Positions 34,483-47,486 of a DNA stretch of 64,000 nt are shown piece by piece. The number at the start of each line of letters is the position of its first letter. Positions within the stretch are counted from its first letter, which is position 1. Source of the DNA: Elusimicrobiota bacterium (GTDB lineage Bacteria > Elusimicrobiota > Elusimicrobia > UBA1565 > UBA9628); assembly GCA_016207665.1 (NCBI GenBank), contig JACQPG010000115.1, positions 26,696 to 90,695 of the forward strand. Direction: 5' to 3'. The position numbers and the translations under genes were made by a program. The notes under the pieces are model-generated. The model searched no databases. It was not told the DNA's origin and saw only the letters and a program-made list of their open reading frames with translations.

Positions 34483-34665
34483 GTGCTCGAGGACGAGCCG
34501 ACCGGCAGGCTCGCGGCCCGCATTCCCTTCGAAGGCCCGATCGGCGGCCCCGGGGTCGGCGTCTGGGAGTCCATCGTGAGCGTTTTGCGCAATGCCTTCA
34601 CTCGAGCCCTGGTCCCCGCCTTGGAGGGATCCATCAAGCTCGAGCCCGAACCCAAAAGAAGGTAA
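34483..34665 (+). CDS. DUF748 C-terminal continuation (same frame, directly after the TAA)
   Basis: 60 aa from GTG 34483. IPFEGPIGGPGVGVWESIVSVLRNAF resembles the terminal module of DUF748/AsmA-like proteins. Confidence 0.45.
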   Translation: MLEDEPTGRLAARIPFEGPIGGPGVGVWESIVSVLRNAFTRALVPALEGSIKLEPEPKRR

Positions 34666-34671
34666 ACCTGC

Positions 34672-37915
<3,244 letters not shown>

Positions 37916-37923
<8 letters not shown>

Positions 37924-38464
37924 ATCGCTCCATCTCATCGGCGATGATGGTCACGATGTCGAGCACGGGCTCGAGCTGGTCGGGGTCCTTGGCCTCGGGC
38001 AGCCGCCACCGCGCGGCCTGGCCTTCGCCCAAGATGTCGACCACGGGCTGCTCGAGCAGCCTTTGCCGGAGCACGGGATCCACGAGCCGTTGTCCGACCG
38101 CCCTGTCATTGCAGCGCGCCAGGTATCTGCCGTCGAAATCGGGATCATGGGTGGGGACCGGATCGGGCACCACCACGCCCGCGCGGGCCGCCACCTGCTC
38201 CTTGGGCCCGATCTCGATGCGCAGGCGCGAGGGCCGAGAGACCAGGGCCGAGACCAGCACCGAGCTGTCCTTGAGCTCGATGCGCACCGCTCTTCCGTTC
38301 CATTGCCCGGAGATGCGCGGCGGCTTGGCCGCGTAATCCATCTTGAGCACCTCGGCCAGGGCCGGCCACTGCAGGCTCGGGGTGTTGACCTTGTATTGCC
38401 TCCAGTAGAAATAGGCGATGGGGCCCAAGGCGATGAGTATGACCAGCACCGTCCCGATCACCAT
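37916..38464 (-). CDS. Single-pass membrane protein of unknown function, between carA and carB
   Basis: 182 aa. N-terminal TM helix [21 protein letters not shown]. The stop overlaps the carB ATG by 8 nt, and the start lies 10 nt after the carA stop. Confidence 0.6.
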
Positions 38465-38474
38465 GGCGGGGGCC

Positions 38475-39593
38475 TCAGCATCGCGAAGGGCTCTCCTTGC
38501 GCTCGATCATCAGCTCGCGAAAGCGCGTGAAGAGATAGCGGCTGTCATGCGGGCCGGCCGAGGCTTCCGGATGGTATTGCACCGAGAACACCGGCAGCTG
38601 CTGGTGGGCCATCCCCTCGGAGGTCTTGTCGTTGAGATTGATATGCGTGGTGCGGACCGACTTGGGCAAGGAGTCGATGTCGACGCAGAAGCCGTGATTC
38701 TGAGCGGTGATCTCCACGCGTCCGGTCTCCAAGTCGCTGACCGGATGGTTGGCGCCGTGATGGCCGAACTTGAGCTTGAAAGTCTTGCCGCCGAGGGCCA
38801 GGCCCAGGAGCTGATGTCCCAGGCAGATGCCGAAAAGGGGGATGCGCTTGTCCAAAAGCGCCTTGATCGCCTCGACCGCGTAGCGCGCCGGCTCGGGATC
38901 GCCCGGCCCGTTGGAGAGCAGTATGCCGTCCGGCTTGAGAGCCAGGGCCTCGGAGGCGGGCGTCTGCGCCGGGAGCACGGTCACGCGGCATCCCACAGAG
39001 GCCAGGCAGCGCAATATCCCGAACTTGACCCCGAAATCGTAGACCACCACGTGGAGGGGCCGGCCCAAGTCCCTGTAGCCCTCGTTCCAAAGGTACTTGT
39101 CGTGGCAGCTCACCTCCTTGGCCAGGTCCAAGCCCGCTATGGACGGCACTTTCTTGACCTTGGCCTGCAGGCTCTTGGCATCAAGGTCGGTGGTCGAGAT
39201 CAGGGCCCGAAGCGCTCCCTTTTCCCGTATCCGCAAGGTGAGCGCGCGGGTGTCGACGTTCTCGATCGCGACGATGCCGTGCTTGCGCAGGAAGAAATCG
39301 AGGGGCTCGACGCATTGCCAGTTCGAGGGCTTACGGCAGAGCTCGCGCACCACGAAGCCCGAGAGATGCGCCTTGCGCGATTCGTTGTCGTCGGCCGTGA
39401 TCCCATAATTGCCGATCTGGGGATAGGTCATGGTCACGATCTGGCCCTTGTAGGAAGGATCGGTCAGCACCTCTTGATAGCCGGTCATGGAGGTGTTGAA
39501 GACCAGCTCGCCGCAAGCCTCGCCCTCGGCTCCGCAGGAGCGGCCCTTGAAGACGCTGCCGTCCTCCAGGACCAGGGCGGCCGAGATTTTCAT
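38475..39593 (-). CDS. carA: Carbamoyl-phosphate synthase small (glutaminase) subunit
   Basis: 372 aa. [34 protein letters not shown] and the amidotransferase motif GICLGHQLL. Confidence 0.95.
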   Translation of the reverse strand: MKISAALVLEDGSVFKGRSCGAEGEACGELVFNTSMTGYQEVLTDPSYKGQIVTMTYPQIGNYGITADDNESRKAHLSGFVVRELCRKPSNWQCVEPLDFFLRKHGIVAIENVDTRALTLRIREKGALRALISTTDLDAKSLQAKVKKVPSIAGLDLAKEVSCHDKYLWNEGYRDLGRPLHVVVYDFGVKFGILRCLASVGCRVTVLPAQTPASEALALKPDGILLSNGPGDPEPARYAVEAIKALLDKRIPLFGICLGHQLLGLALGGKTFKLKFGHHGANHPVSDLETGRVEITAQNHGFCVDIDSLPKSVRTTHINLNDKTSEGMAHQQLPVFSVQYHPEASAGPHDSRYLFTRFRELMIERKESPSRC

Positions 39594-39611
39594 TCTAATT
39601 ATTTTACCATC

Positions 39612-41822
39612 CTAGTGACGGAAGTGCCTCATGCCGGTCAGGACCATGGCCAGTCCGTGCTCGTCGGCCGCGGCCACGATCTCGCCGTCCTTGACCGAGC
39701 CGCCCGGCTGCACGATGGCCGTGATGCCCAAGGTGGCCGCCGCGTCGATCCCGTCCCTGAAGGGGAAGAAAGCGTCCGAGCCCAGTACCAGGGCCGCGGG
39801 CTTGGGATTGTCGCGGGAGAACATCTTGTATTTGACTCCGGCCATGTGCACCGAGTCGACGCGGGACATCTGTCCCGCGCCGATGCCCACCGTGGCGTTG
39901 GGGCCGGCCAGGACTATGGCGTTGGACTTCACGTGCTTGCAGGCGATCCAGGCGAATCTCAGCGCCGCCTCTTCCAGCCGGTTGGGCGCGCGCCGGCTGG
40001 CCACGCGCCAATCCGGCCCGAATGTCAGCCGATCAGGCTCGCTGAGCAGCACCTCGGTGCCCAAGGAGCGTATCACCCAGGCCGGTGACGGAGGAGCCTC
40101 GCGCTTGAGCAGGCGCAGGTTCGGCTTCTTCTTGAGCAGGTCGAGCGCCTCGGGAGCGAAGCCCGGGGCGATGATCACCTCCACGAAGCGGTTGGCCAGT
40201 ATCCGCGCGATCTCGGTGCCCACGCCGCGGTTGAAGGCCAGCACCCCGCCGAACGCCGAAAGGGGATCGCAGGCCCAGGCCGCGTTGAAGGCCTCGAGCG
40301 GGGCCGACGCGGTCGCCATGCCGCAGGGCGTGGCATGTTTGAAGATGACGGCGGCCGGCTCCTGGAACTCGCAGGCCGCCTCCCACGCGGCGGAGGCGTC
40401 GAGCAGGTTGTTGTAAGAGAGCTCCTTGCCGTGAAGCTGCTCGAAGTCCGGTCCCTGCGCGGGCGAGCGGGCGTAAAGGGCCGCCCGCTGATGCGGGTTC
40501 TCGCCGTAGCGCAGGTCCTGGACCTTGCGCAGTTCCAATGAGAGCCTCTCCGGGAATCTTCCGCCCTCGCCGGGAGCGGCCGGAGCGGAGGAGCCGCCGC
40601 TCGAGCTCCAGGCCTGCGAGATCATCCCGTCGTAGGAAGCGGTATGCCGGAAGGCGGCCAGGGCCAATCTCTGGCGCGTTTCCAGCGACAGCTGGCCCTG
40701 CGCCGCGCCCATCTCCTGGAGCAGGGCCTCATAGTCCGACGGCGAGACCACCACCGCCACGTCCTCGAAATTCTTGGCCGCCGCCCGGATCAAGGCCACG
40801 CCTCCGATATCGATCTGCTCGATCACCTCGAATGCCCACGGCGAGGAGGCCTTGGCCGCGGTATCGGCGAAGGGATAGAGATTGACCACCACCAGATCAA
40901 TGGGCTCCAGCCCGTAGAGCTCTGCCTCCTCGCGCTGGGCCGGGTCCTTGCGGCGCAGCAATATCGCGCCGTGGATGTTGGGGTGCAGGGTCTTGACCCG
41001 GCCCGATAATATCTCGGGAAAGCGCGTCACCGAGTCCAGCGGCCGTATCGGCACTCCGGCCGCCTCCAAGGCCCTGGCCGTGCCGGAGGTCGAGACTATC
41101 TCGACTCCCATCTCCTGGAGCCCGCGGGCCAGCTCGACGATCCGGGACTTGTCGGAGACCGACAGCAGCGCGCGCTTGATCCGCGGCGAGCTGTCGCGAT
41201 GGGAGGGCAGCACTTTCAAGCCCTGCTCGTCGATTTGAAGCCGGTCCTCGCAGAAAAGAGAGACCGCCTTGGGATAGAGCCAGTGTTCCTGCACGCGGAT
41301 GCGGGCCGCGAGGGATTCGGGGGTGTCATTGGCCAGCACCGGGACCACGGCCTGGGCCACCACCGGTCCGTGATCATATACCTCGTCGACGAAATGGATG
41401 GTGCAGCCCGAGACTTTGACCCCGGATTTGAGCGCCGCCTCGTGAACGCGTCGTCCGTACATGCCTTGCCCGCCGAAGGCCGGCAAGAGCGCCGGATGTA
41501 TGTTGAGTATGCGCCAGGGAAAGGCCCTGAGCAGCGGCGCCTTGATATGGCGCATATAACCCGCCAGGCAGATCAGGTCGATCTTCCTTTCCCTACAGGC
41601 GTGAGCCAGATAGGCGTCGAACTCCTCGGGGCTGGAGAAGCCGGCCGGGTCCGAGACCAAGACCGGTATGCCGGCGCGCTCGGCCCGGCGCAGGGCCCCG
41701 GCCTGGGGTTGATTGGAGACTACCAGAGCGATCTGGCCGCGTATGCGATGCTGCGCGCAGGCGTCGATCAAGGCCTGCAGATTGGTGCCTTCGCCGGAGG
41801 CGAAGACCGCGATGCGTTTCAT
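39612..41822 (-). CDS. purNH: Fused phosphoribosylglycinamide formyltransferase (PurN) and AICAR transformylase/IMP cyclohydrolase (PurH)
   Basis: ATG 41822 (MKRIAVFASGEGTNLQALI; ATGA overlap with the purM stop). PurN motifs (ILNIHPALLP, GCTIHFVDE) run without a stop into PurH (KRALLSVSDKS..GTARAL..VKTLHP..MRHFRH). 736 codons. Confidence 0.85.
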   Translation of the reverse strand: MKRIAVFASGEGTNLQALIDACAQHRIRGQIALVVSNQPQAGALRRAERAGIPVLVSDPAGFSSPEEFDAYLAHACRERKIDLICLAGYMRHIKAPLLRAFPWRILNIHPALLPAFGGQGMYGRRVHEAALKSGVKVSGCTIHFVDEVYDHGPVVAQAVVPVLANDTPESLAARIRVQEHWLYPKAVSLFCEDRLQIDEQGLKVLPSHRDSSPRIKRALLSVSDKSRIVELARGLQEMGVEIVSTSGTARALEAAGVPIRPLDSVTRFPEILSGRVKTLHPNIHGAILLRRKDPAQREEAELYGLEPIDLVVVNLYPFADTAAKASSPWAFEVIEQIDIGGVALIRAAAKNFEDVAVVVSPSDYEALLQEMGAAQGQLSLETRQRLALAAFRHTASYDGMISQAWSSSGGSSAPAAPGEGGRFPERLSLELRKVQDLRYGENPHQRAALYARSPAQGPDFEQLHGKELSYNNLLDASAAWEAACEFQEPAAVIFKHATPCGMATASAPLEAFNAAWACDPLSAFGGVLAFNRGVGTEIARILANRFVEVIIAPGFAPEALDLLKKKPNLRLLKREAPPSPAWVIRSLGTEVLLSEPDRLTFGPDWRVASRRAPNRLEEAALRFAWIACKHVKSNAIVLAGPNATVGIGAGQMSRVDSVHMAGVKYKMFSRDNPKPAALVLGSDAFFPFRDGIDAAATLGITAIVQPGGSVKDGEIVAAADEHGLAMVLTGMRHFRH

Positions 41823-42787
41823 GGCTCGACGCGCGCCTCGGAGCGGCCCCGCACGATCTCGCCGACCAGCACCGCCTCGGGCAACAGTCTCTGGGCCAGG
41901 GGAAGGCTGCCGGGGCGGATGATGATGATCATGCCCAGCCCCATGTTGAACGTGCGCCACATCTCCTTCTCCGGCACGCGGCCCCGGCTTTGGATCTCGG
42001 TGAACACCTGCGGAATCTTCCAAGAGCCGCGCCGGAACACCGCGCGACAATGGCGCGGCAGCACGCGCGGCACGTTCTCGATCAAGCCGCCCCCGGTGAT
42101 GTGGCATAGGCCCAGAACGATGTGGCCGCGCTGCCGAAACCCCTCGATGAGCCGCTGTATCTCCGGCACGTAGATGCGCGTCGGCGTCAGCAGCTTGGGG
42201 CCCCAGCGCTTGAGGTCTTTCTTGAAGACCTGGCGCACCAGGGAAAAACCGTTCGAGTGCAATCCTGAGGAGCGCAGGCCCAGTATGACGTCCCCGGGGA
42301 AGATCTTGCTGCCGTCGATCGCCTCGGAGCGCTTGACCAGGCCGACGGAGAATCCGGCCAGGTCGTATTCGCCGGGGGGATAAAAGCCGGGCATCTCGGC
42401 CGTTTCTCCGCCCAGAAGAACGGATTGGCCCTGCCGGCAGCCTTCCATGATGCCGTCGAGTATCCTCTTGGAGCGCTTGAGATCGAGTTTGCCCGTGGCG
42501 TAATAATCGAGGAAGAAAAGCGGCTTGGCCCCGCAGGTGATCAGATCGTTGACGCACATGGCCACCAGATCGATACCCACGGTGTCGTGCTTGTTGAGCT
42601 CGAAGGCGATCTTGAGCTTGGTGCCCACCCCGTCGGTGCTCGCCACCAGATCATAGGGCCCGGCGCCGTCGAGCTGGAGGGGGAAAAGCCCCGAGAACCC
42701 GCCGATGGCCGGCGCCCTCTTCTGTATATGGTCGACCAGCTTGTCGGCCAGGTCGATGTCGACTCCAGATTTCTTGTAGGTCAGCAT
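41819..42787 (-). CDS. purM: Phosphoribosylformylglycinamidine cyclo-ligase (AIR synthetase)
   Basis: 322 aa. YKKSGVDID..GGFSGLF..STDGVGTKL..DYYATGKL..GGETAEMPG..HSNGFSL. Confidence 0.93.
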   Translation of the reverse strand: MLTYKKSGVDIDLADKLVDHIQKRAPAIGGFSGLFPLQLDGAGPYDLVASTDGVGTKLKIAFELNKHDTVGIDLVAMCVNDLITCGAKPLFFLDYYATGKLDLKRSKRILDGIMEGCRQGQSVLLGGETAEMPGFYPPGEYDLAGFSVGLVKRSEAIDGSKIFPGDVILGLRSSGLHSNGFSLVRQVFKKDLKRWGPKLLTPTRIYVPEIQRLIEGFRQRGHIVLGLCHITGGGLIENVPRVLPRHCRAVFRRGSWKIPQVFTEIQSRGRVPEKEMWRTFNMGLGMIIIIRPGSLPLAQRLLPEAVLVGEIVRGRSEARVEP

Positions 42788-43362
42788 GGTTGTTGCCTCT
42801 TACGGCTGCCTGGTTTGACCAAAGCTACGCCTTCTCGGCAGAGCGGGCATGATCCCGTCTCGTAGGTCGGTATTTCCAGCTTGAGCAGGGACCGCACCGG
42901 CACGCCGATCGAAGGTGCCTGGGAACTGCGATTGAAGATGGAGAGCGCGGCGATGGGGCGCGCGCCGAGCCGGCGCACGAGCTCGATGACTTCCCCCGAG
43001 GATAATCCGGTGGTGATCACGTCCTCGATCACGGCCACTTTTTGGCCGGGCTCGAGCGCGAATCCTCGCCTCAAGGTCATGGCGCCTTCCTCGCGCTCGG
43101 TGAAATAGGCCTTGACCCCAAGGGCGCGGCCGACCTCATGGCCGATGATAAGCCCGCCCATCGCCGGAGAAAGCACCAGGTCGGGTCTTTCCGGACAAAG
43201 GGCGGCCAGGGCGCGGCCCAAGCTCTCGGCCTTAGGCGGATCGGCTAGGACCAAGGCGCATTGGAGATAGCGAGGACTGTGCAATCCCGAAGACAGGAGG
43301 AAATGCCCCTCGAGCAGGGCCTGCGACCGCGCGAAAAGCTCTTTGATCTCCTGCTCCGTCAT
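42781..43362 (-). CDS. pyrE: Orotate phosphoribosyltransferase
   Basis: 193 aa. GHFLLSSGLHSPRYLQC and the PRPP loop VAVIEDVITTGLS. Confidence 0.9.
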   Translation of the reverse strand: MTEQEIKELFARSQALLEGHFLLSSGLHSPRYLQCALVLADPPKAESLGRALAALCPERPDLVLSPAMGGLIIGHEVGRALGVKAYFTEREEGAMTLRRGFALEPGQKVAVIEDVITTGLSSGEVIELVRRLGARPIAALSIFNRSSQAPSIGVPVRSLLKLEIPTYETGSCPLCREGVALVKPGSRKRQQPC

Positions 43363-43402
43363 GACTGTGCCCGGGTACAGCCGCCAGAGCCAAGCGGAAA
43401 GA

Positions 43403-44110
43403 TCATCGGGCCTCCAACGAATGAGGGGCCGCGTGCTTCATGCCGGTCAAGATGTCCTGCGCGGCCTTGAGCGGATCGGGCGCGCCGGTGATGGGACGTC
43501 CGATCACGATATAGTGTATGCCCAGCTCCGCGGCCTTCTCCGGGGTCATGACGCGCTTTTGATCGTCCGAGCTGCTGCCCACGGGCCTGATCCCGGGGCA
43601 AACGAAGCTCGCCTCCTTGCCGCGCAGCATCTTGCGCAGCCCCGGCACTTCATTGCCGGAGCAGATGATGCCGTCGATCCCTTGGGAGATGCCCTGCCGA
43701 GCTAGATTCTTGACCAAGGTGGGAAGGCTGGCCCGAGGATGCAGCGAGCGCAGGTCGCCGGGCTCCATGCTGGTGAGCATGGTCACTCCCCAGAGCTTGG
43801 GCCTGGGTTGTATCTCGGCGGCCGCGCGTATCATGGCCGGGCCTCCCCAGAGATGGAGAGAGACCGACTTGACGCCCAGCTTTTGGGTCTCATGCACCGC
43901 GTGCGCGACGGTCTGCGGGATATCGAGGAACTTGAGGTCGAGGAAGACCTCGCCGCCGTAGCGATGCACCAGGTCGATGGCGCGCTTGCCGTGGGCGGTG
44001 AACAGGCGCAGGCCCACCTTGTAGAAAGTGATCGTGCCCTTGAGCCGCTCGAGCAGCTCCTCCTGCTTGAGCAGGGTGTCGACGTCCAAGGCCGCGATGA
44101 TCTGGGTCAT
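43403..44110 (-). CDS. pyrF: Orotidine-5'-phosphate decarboxylase
   Basis: Internal ATG (MTQIIAALDV; ATGA overlap with the pyrD stop) of ORF 43403..44464. FYKVG..FLDLKFLDIPQTV..IVIGRPI motifs. Confidence 0.92.
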   Translation of the reverse strand: MTQIIAALDVDTLLKQEELLERLKGTITFYKVGLRLFTAHGKRAIDLVHRYGGEVFLDLKFLDIPQTVAHAVHETQKLGVKSVSLHLWGGPAMIRAAAEIQPRPKLWGVTMLTSMEPGDLRSLHPRASLPTLVKNLARQGISQGIDGIICSGNEVPGLRKMLRGKEASFVCPGIRPVGSSSDDQKRVMTPEKAAELGIHYIVIGRPITGAPDPLKAAQDILTGMKHAAPHSLEAR

Positions 44111-45171
44111 GAGCCGGTCCCCACCGCCTCGGCCACCGAGGCGTAGCCGTAATGCGACAGCAGCCCGGCCAGCTCGCGCTGTATGCGCACGGCCGCGGCG
44201 GGCCCGCGATAGATCAGCGAGGTGTAGATCTGCACCAGGCTCGCCCCGGCGCGTATCTTCTCGAAGGCGTCGGCCCCGGAGAACACTCCGCCCACGCCGA
44301 TGATCGGCAGCTTGCCCTGCGTGGAACGATAGATGCTCGCGATGATCCGGGTCGAGCGCGAGCGCACGGGCGCGCCGCTCAAGCCTCCCCTGATCTCGCC
44401 GGCGTCGGCGGGCAGCCCTTCGCGCGAGAGCGAGGTGTTGGCGGCGACCACTCCCGAGGCGCATTTGGCGATGGTCTCGATGATTTCGCCCAGCTGTTGC
44501 TCGGAAAGATCCGGAGCGATCTTGACCAGAAGGGGCTTGGCGGCCGGATTGAGCGACTGGATGGCCTCCAATATCCTCTCCAGGCGCAACCGCTCCTGGA
44601 GATCGCGCAGGCCCGTGGTGTTGGGAGAGCTCACGTTGACCACGAAATAATCCCCATAGGGCTCGAGCAGGCGGAAGGTCTCCGCGTATTGCATGGGGGC
44701 CTGCTCGGCGGGGCAGTCGGCGTTGAGCCCGAGATTGATCCCTATCGGCATGGGCATGCGGCCGAAGTGGCGCAGCCTCTCGGCGGCGTAGGCCGCCCCT
44801 CGGCTGTTGAAGCCCAGCCTATTGATGATGGCCTCGAACTCGGGCAATCTGAATATCCGCGGCTTGCGATTGCCGGGTTGGGGACGCAGGGTCACCGAGC
44901 CCAGCTCTAAGAAGCCGAAGCCCAAGGCCGACAGCGAGGGCAACAGCCGGCAATCCTTGTCGAAGCCGGCGGCCAGGCCCACGGGGGAGGGAAAGCGGAG
45001 GCCGAAGACTCGCGTCTCGAGGCCGGCAGGCCTGCTCCCGGCGGCCAGAGAGAGCAGCGACGGGCCCATGCCGGACCTTTGGGCCGCGGCCAGCGAGGAG
45101 ATCACGAATTCGTGGGCCCTCTCGGCGTCCATCTGGAAGAGGAAGGGGCGAAGAAGCCTCTCATAGAGCAT
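44107..45171 (-). CDS. pyrD: Dihydroorotate dehydrogenase (class 2, quinone-dependent type)
   Basis: 354 aa. N-terminal LLRPFLFQMDAERAHEF extension typical of class 2, plus GLAAGFDK, NVSSPNT and GVGGV motifs. Confidence 0.9.
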   Translation of the reverse strand: MLYERLLRPFLFQMDAERAHEFVISSLAAAQRSGMGPSLLSLAAGSRPAGLETRVFGLRFPSPVGLAAGFDKDCRLLPSLSALGFGFLELGSVTLRPQPGNRKPRIFRLPEFEAIINRLGFNSRGAAYAAERLRHFGRMPMPIGINLGLNADCPAEQAPMQYAETFRLLEPYGDYFVVNVSSPNTTGLRDLQERLRLERILEAIQSLNPAAKPLLVKIAPDLSEQQLGEIIETIAKCASGVVAANTSLSREGLPADAGEIRGGLSGAPVRSRSTRIIASIYRSTQGKLPIIGVGGVFSGADAFEKIRAGASLVQIYTSLIYRGPAAAVRIQRELAGLLSHYGYASVAEAVGTGS

Positions 45172-46453
45172 GGACCAGGCGTCCTCCCACGATCGTGGCC
45201 CGGGCCCGTCCCTTGAGCCTCAAGCCGATGAAGGGGCTGTTGCGGCTCTTGGAGGCGAAGGGAAGCTCCACCGTCCAAGAGGCCTCGGGATCGATGAGGG
45301 TGATATCGGCGTCGCAGCCCTTGGCCAGCGAGCCCTTGCCCTTGAGGCCCAAGATCCTGGCCGGCGCGCGGCTCATCCGCTCGACGAGTCCGCGGCGGCT
45401 CAATTTCCGGGGGCCCACAAGCCGGGTCAAAGCCAGGCCGAGCGAGGTCTCCAAGCCGATCACGCCGAAGGGCGCCAAGGCCATGCCCAAGGCCTTCTTG
45501 CCGGGGCCATGAGGGGCGTGATCGGTCGCGATCGCGTCGAGCGTGCCGTCCGACAGTCCCTCGATGATAGCCTGTCGGTCATCGCGCGAGCGCAGGGGCG
45601 GGTTCATCTTGAAATTGGCGTCATAGCCCGGAGCGTCGTCCTCGCAAAGCGCGAAATGATGCGGGGTGGCCTCCGCGCTCACCGGCACGCCCCGTTTCTT
45701 GGCCGCGCGCAACGCCTCGACGCTGGCGGCCGAGCTCACGTGCGCGATGTGCACGGGCGCTCCGGTCAGCTTGGACAAGGCGATGTCGCGCAGCACCATG
45801 ATGCTTTCGGCCGCTCCGGGCGCGCCGCGCAGTCCCTTGGCCGCGGCGCGGGCGCCCTCATGAACGGGCGCTCCTGCGCTCAGGTTCTCGTCCTCGCAAT
45901 GGTCGATCACGGCCAGCCCGAAGTCCCGGCCGTATTCGAGGGCCCGCCTCATCAGCTCCGAGTTCATCAACGGACGCCCGTCGTCGCTGATGGCCGAGAT
46001 ACCGGCCTCGGCCATCTGGCCGATCTCGGTCAGGCGCTCGCCCTTCTGGCCGATGGTCACGGCGCCGGCCACCAGCACGTTGACCGCCCCATCGGATAAG
46101 GCCTTGGCCTTGACGAATCGCGCCACGGAAGGATTGTCCACGGGGGGCTCGGTATTGGGCATGGCCAGCACCGTGGTGAAACCGCCTCGGGCCGCGGCGC
46201 GCGTCCCGGTGGCGATGGTCTCGTCGAGCTCCCGCCCCGGCTCGCGCAGATGCACGTGCATGTCGATGAGGCCGGGGACCACCCATTGGCGCGAGGCGTC
46301 GAGGATCTCGACGTCCTTGAGCGCGGGTTTCTTCGAAAGCCCCGCGGCCACGTCCTTGACCTTGCCGCCTTCGAGCAGCACGTCTCGGACCGCCTCGAGC
46401 TTCTGGCTCGGGTCGATCACCAGCCCGCCCTTGATCAGCAGCCTATCGGCCAC
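45161..46453 (-). CDS. pyrC: Dihydroorotase
   Basis: 430 aa. GLIDMHVHLREPG, HVSSA and ATDHAPH motifs. Confidence 0.92.
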   Translation of the reverse strand: MADRLLIKGGLVIDPSQKLEAVRDVLLEGGKVKDVAAGLSKKPALKDVEILDASRQWVVPGLIDMHVHLREPGRELDETIATGTRAAARGGFTTVLAMPNTEPPVDNPSVARFVKAKALSDGAVNVLVAGAVTIGQKGERLTEIGQMAEAGISAISDDGRPLMNSELMRRALEYGRDFGLAVIDHCEDENLSAGAPVHEGARAAAKGLRGAPGAAESIMVLRDIALSKLTGAPVHIAHVSSAASVEALRAAKKRGVPVSAEATPHHFALCEDDAPGYDANFKMNPPLRSRDDRQAIIEGLSDGTLDAIATDHAPHGPGKKALGMALAPFGVIGLETSLGLALTRLVGPRKLSRRGLVERMSRAPARILGLKGKGSLAKGCDADITLIDPEASWTVELPFASKSRNSPFIGLRLKGRARATIVGGRLVHAL

Positions 46454-47372
46454 GTCGAGTCCTCCAGCCTTGTATGAGCGAGAGCACGGCCATGCGCACG
46501 AGCACCCCGTTGGAGACCTGCTCGAGTATCGCCGATTGGGGGCCGTCGGCCACTTCCGAGGATATCTCGACTCCGCGATTCATGGGCCCGGGATGGAGCA
46601 CCAGGCAACCGGGCGATCGCGAGAGCCTTTCGGCCGTCAGCCCGAACCCGCCGAAATAATCGGAAAGCGAGGTCACGAGATTCTGGTTCTGCCGCTCGAG
46701 CTGAAGCCTCAAGACGTTGACCGCGTCGGCCCCCCGCAGCGACTCGTCCAGGTCGTGGCTGACCGAGACGCCCATGGCCTCGATGCCTGCGGGGATCAGC
46801 GCCGACGGCCCGCAGACCGTCACCTTGGCTCCCAGCTTGCGAAGGCCGTGTATGTTCGAGCGCGCGACCCGGCTATGCAGTATGTCGCCCACGATCACCA
46901 CGCGCAGCCCCTTGATCCGGCCTTTCTTCTCGCGCAGGGTATAGAGATCGAGAAGCGCCTGGGTCGGATGCTCGTGGGCGCCGTCTCCGGCGTTGACCAG
47001 CGAGGCCCGGGTCAGAGGCGCCAACGGCTCGAGCACGCCCGACTGCTCGTGGCGCAAGATGAAATAGTCCACGCCCATGGCCTCGAGGTTCTTGATGGTG
47101 TCGAGCAGGCTCTCGCCCTTTAGCAGGCTCGAGGCCGCCACGGAAAAGCCTAAGACGTCGGCTCCAAGTCTGCGCGCCGCCACCTCGAAGGAGCTGCGAG
47201 TCCGGGTGGAAGGCTCCGAGAAGAGGAATGCGACCGTGGAGCCCTTGAGAGTGTCGAAGGTTTTTGAGGATTTGGAGAAGGACTTGGCCGCGTCGAGGAT
47301 GAACTCGATCTCGGAAGCGCTCAATGATTCAAGGCCGAGCAGGTCCTTCCGATCCCAGTGTTTCGCCGCCAC
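46443..47372 (-). CDS. pyrB: Aspartate carbamoyltransferase catalytic subunit
   Basis: 309 aa, GTG start preceded by GGAGGAGG. FSEPSTRTRSSFE, HPTQALLD and HPGP motifs. Confidence 0.93.
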   Translation of the reverse strand: MAAKHWDRKDLLGLESLSASEIEFILDAAKSFSKSSKTFDTLKGSTVAFLFSEPSTRTRSSFEVAARRLGADVLGFSVAASSLLKGESLLDTIKNLEAMGVDYFILRHEQSGVLEPLAPLTRASLVNAGDGAHEHPTQALLDLYTLREKKGRIKGLRVVIVGDILHSRVARSNIHGLRKLGAKVTVCGPSALIPAGIEAMGVSVSHDLDESLRGADAVNVLRLQLERQNQNLVTSLSDYFGGFGLTAERLSRSPGCLVLHPGPMNRGVEISSEVADGPQSAILEQVSNGVLVRMAVLSLIQGWRTRRGR

Positions 47373-47394
47373 CCTCCTCCGCCGAGATAAGAAC

Positions 47395-47423
47395 TATATA
47401 TATTTAAGCAATTTTTCCGTCAT
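47395..47423 (-). promoter_or_regulatory. Candidate promoter ATGACG-N17-TATATA in the AT-rich gap upstream of pyrB
   Basis: Minus strand reads ATGACG (47423-47418), 17-nt spacer, TATATA (47400-47395), about 22 nt before GTG 47372. This is the only clearly AT-rich stretch inside the nucleotide cluster. Confidence 0.4.
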
Positions 47424-47486
47424 CTGTACAATGCGATGGCAGAGGCGTGCGCGATGATGCCTGGACCCGGCGGATCGTCTCCGGGT

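Noticed and set aside
41823-42557. A 245-codon N-terminal extension of the purN-purH ORF (ORF 39612..42557).
   Set aside because: The extension is low-complexity (RRHHGRLPAGPIRSSGRRNG...) and overlaps bona fide purM in another frame. MKRIAVFASGEGTN at 41822 is the conserved PurN N-terminus and forms an ATGA junction with purM.
43403-44464. Long upstream extensions of pyrF. The same occurs for purQ (54421..55365), purC (58182..59312), purL (55191..57779), the YtxH gene (63374..63856), the SRPBCC gene (15145..15975, which would run through tRNA-Gly) and the kinase (17837..19309).
   Set aside because: The extensions are Arg-rich junk overlapping the conserved upstream gene or a tRNA. Conserved N-termini begin at internal ATGs that form ATGA overlaps or have Shine-Dalgarno sequences.
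47373-47486. PyrR-type attenuator or riboswitch leader upstream of pyrB. Purine or ZTP riboswitch leaders were also looked for in the gaps 54370-54420, 58145-58181 and 48258-48320.
   Set aside because: The gaps are too short (37-114 nt). I could not find the alternative terminator/antiterminator hairpins or conserved riboswitch cores by eye. A covariance-model scan would be needed to be sure.
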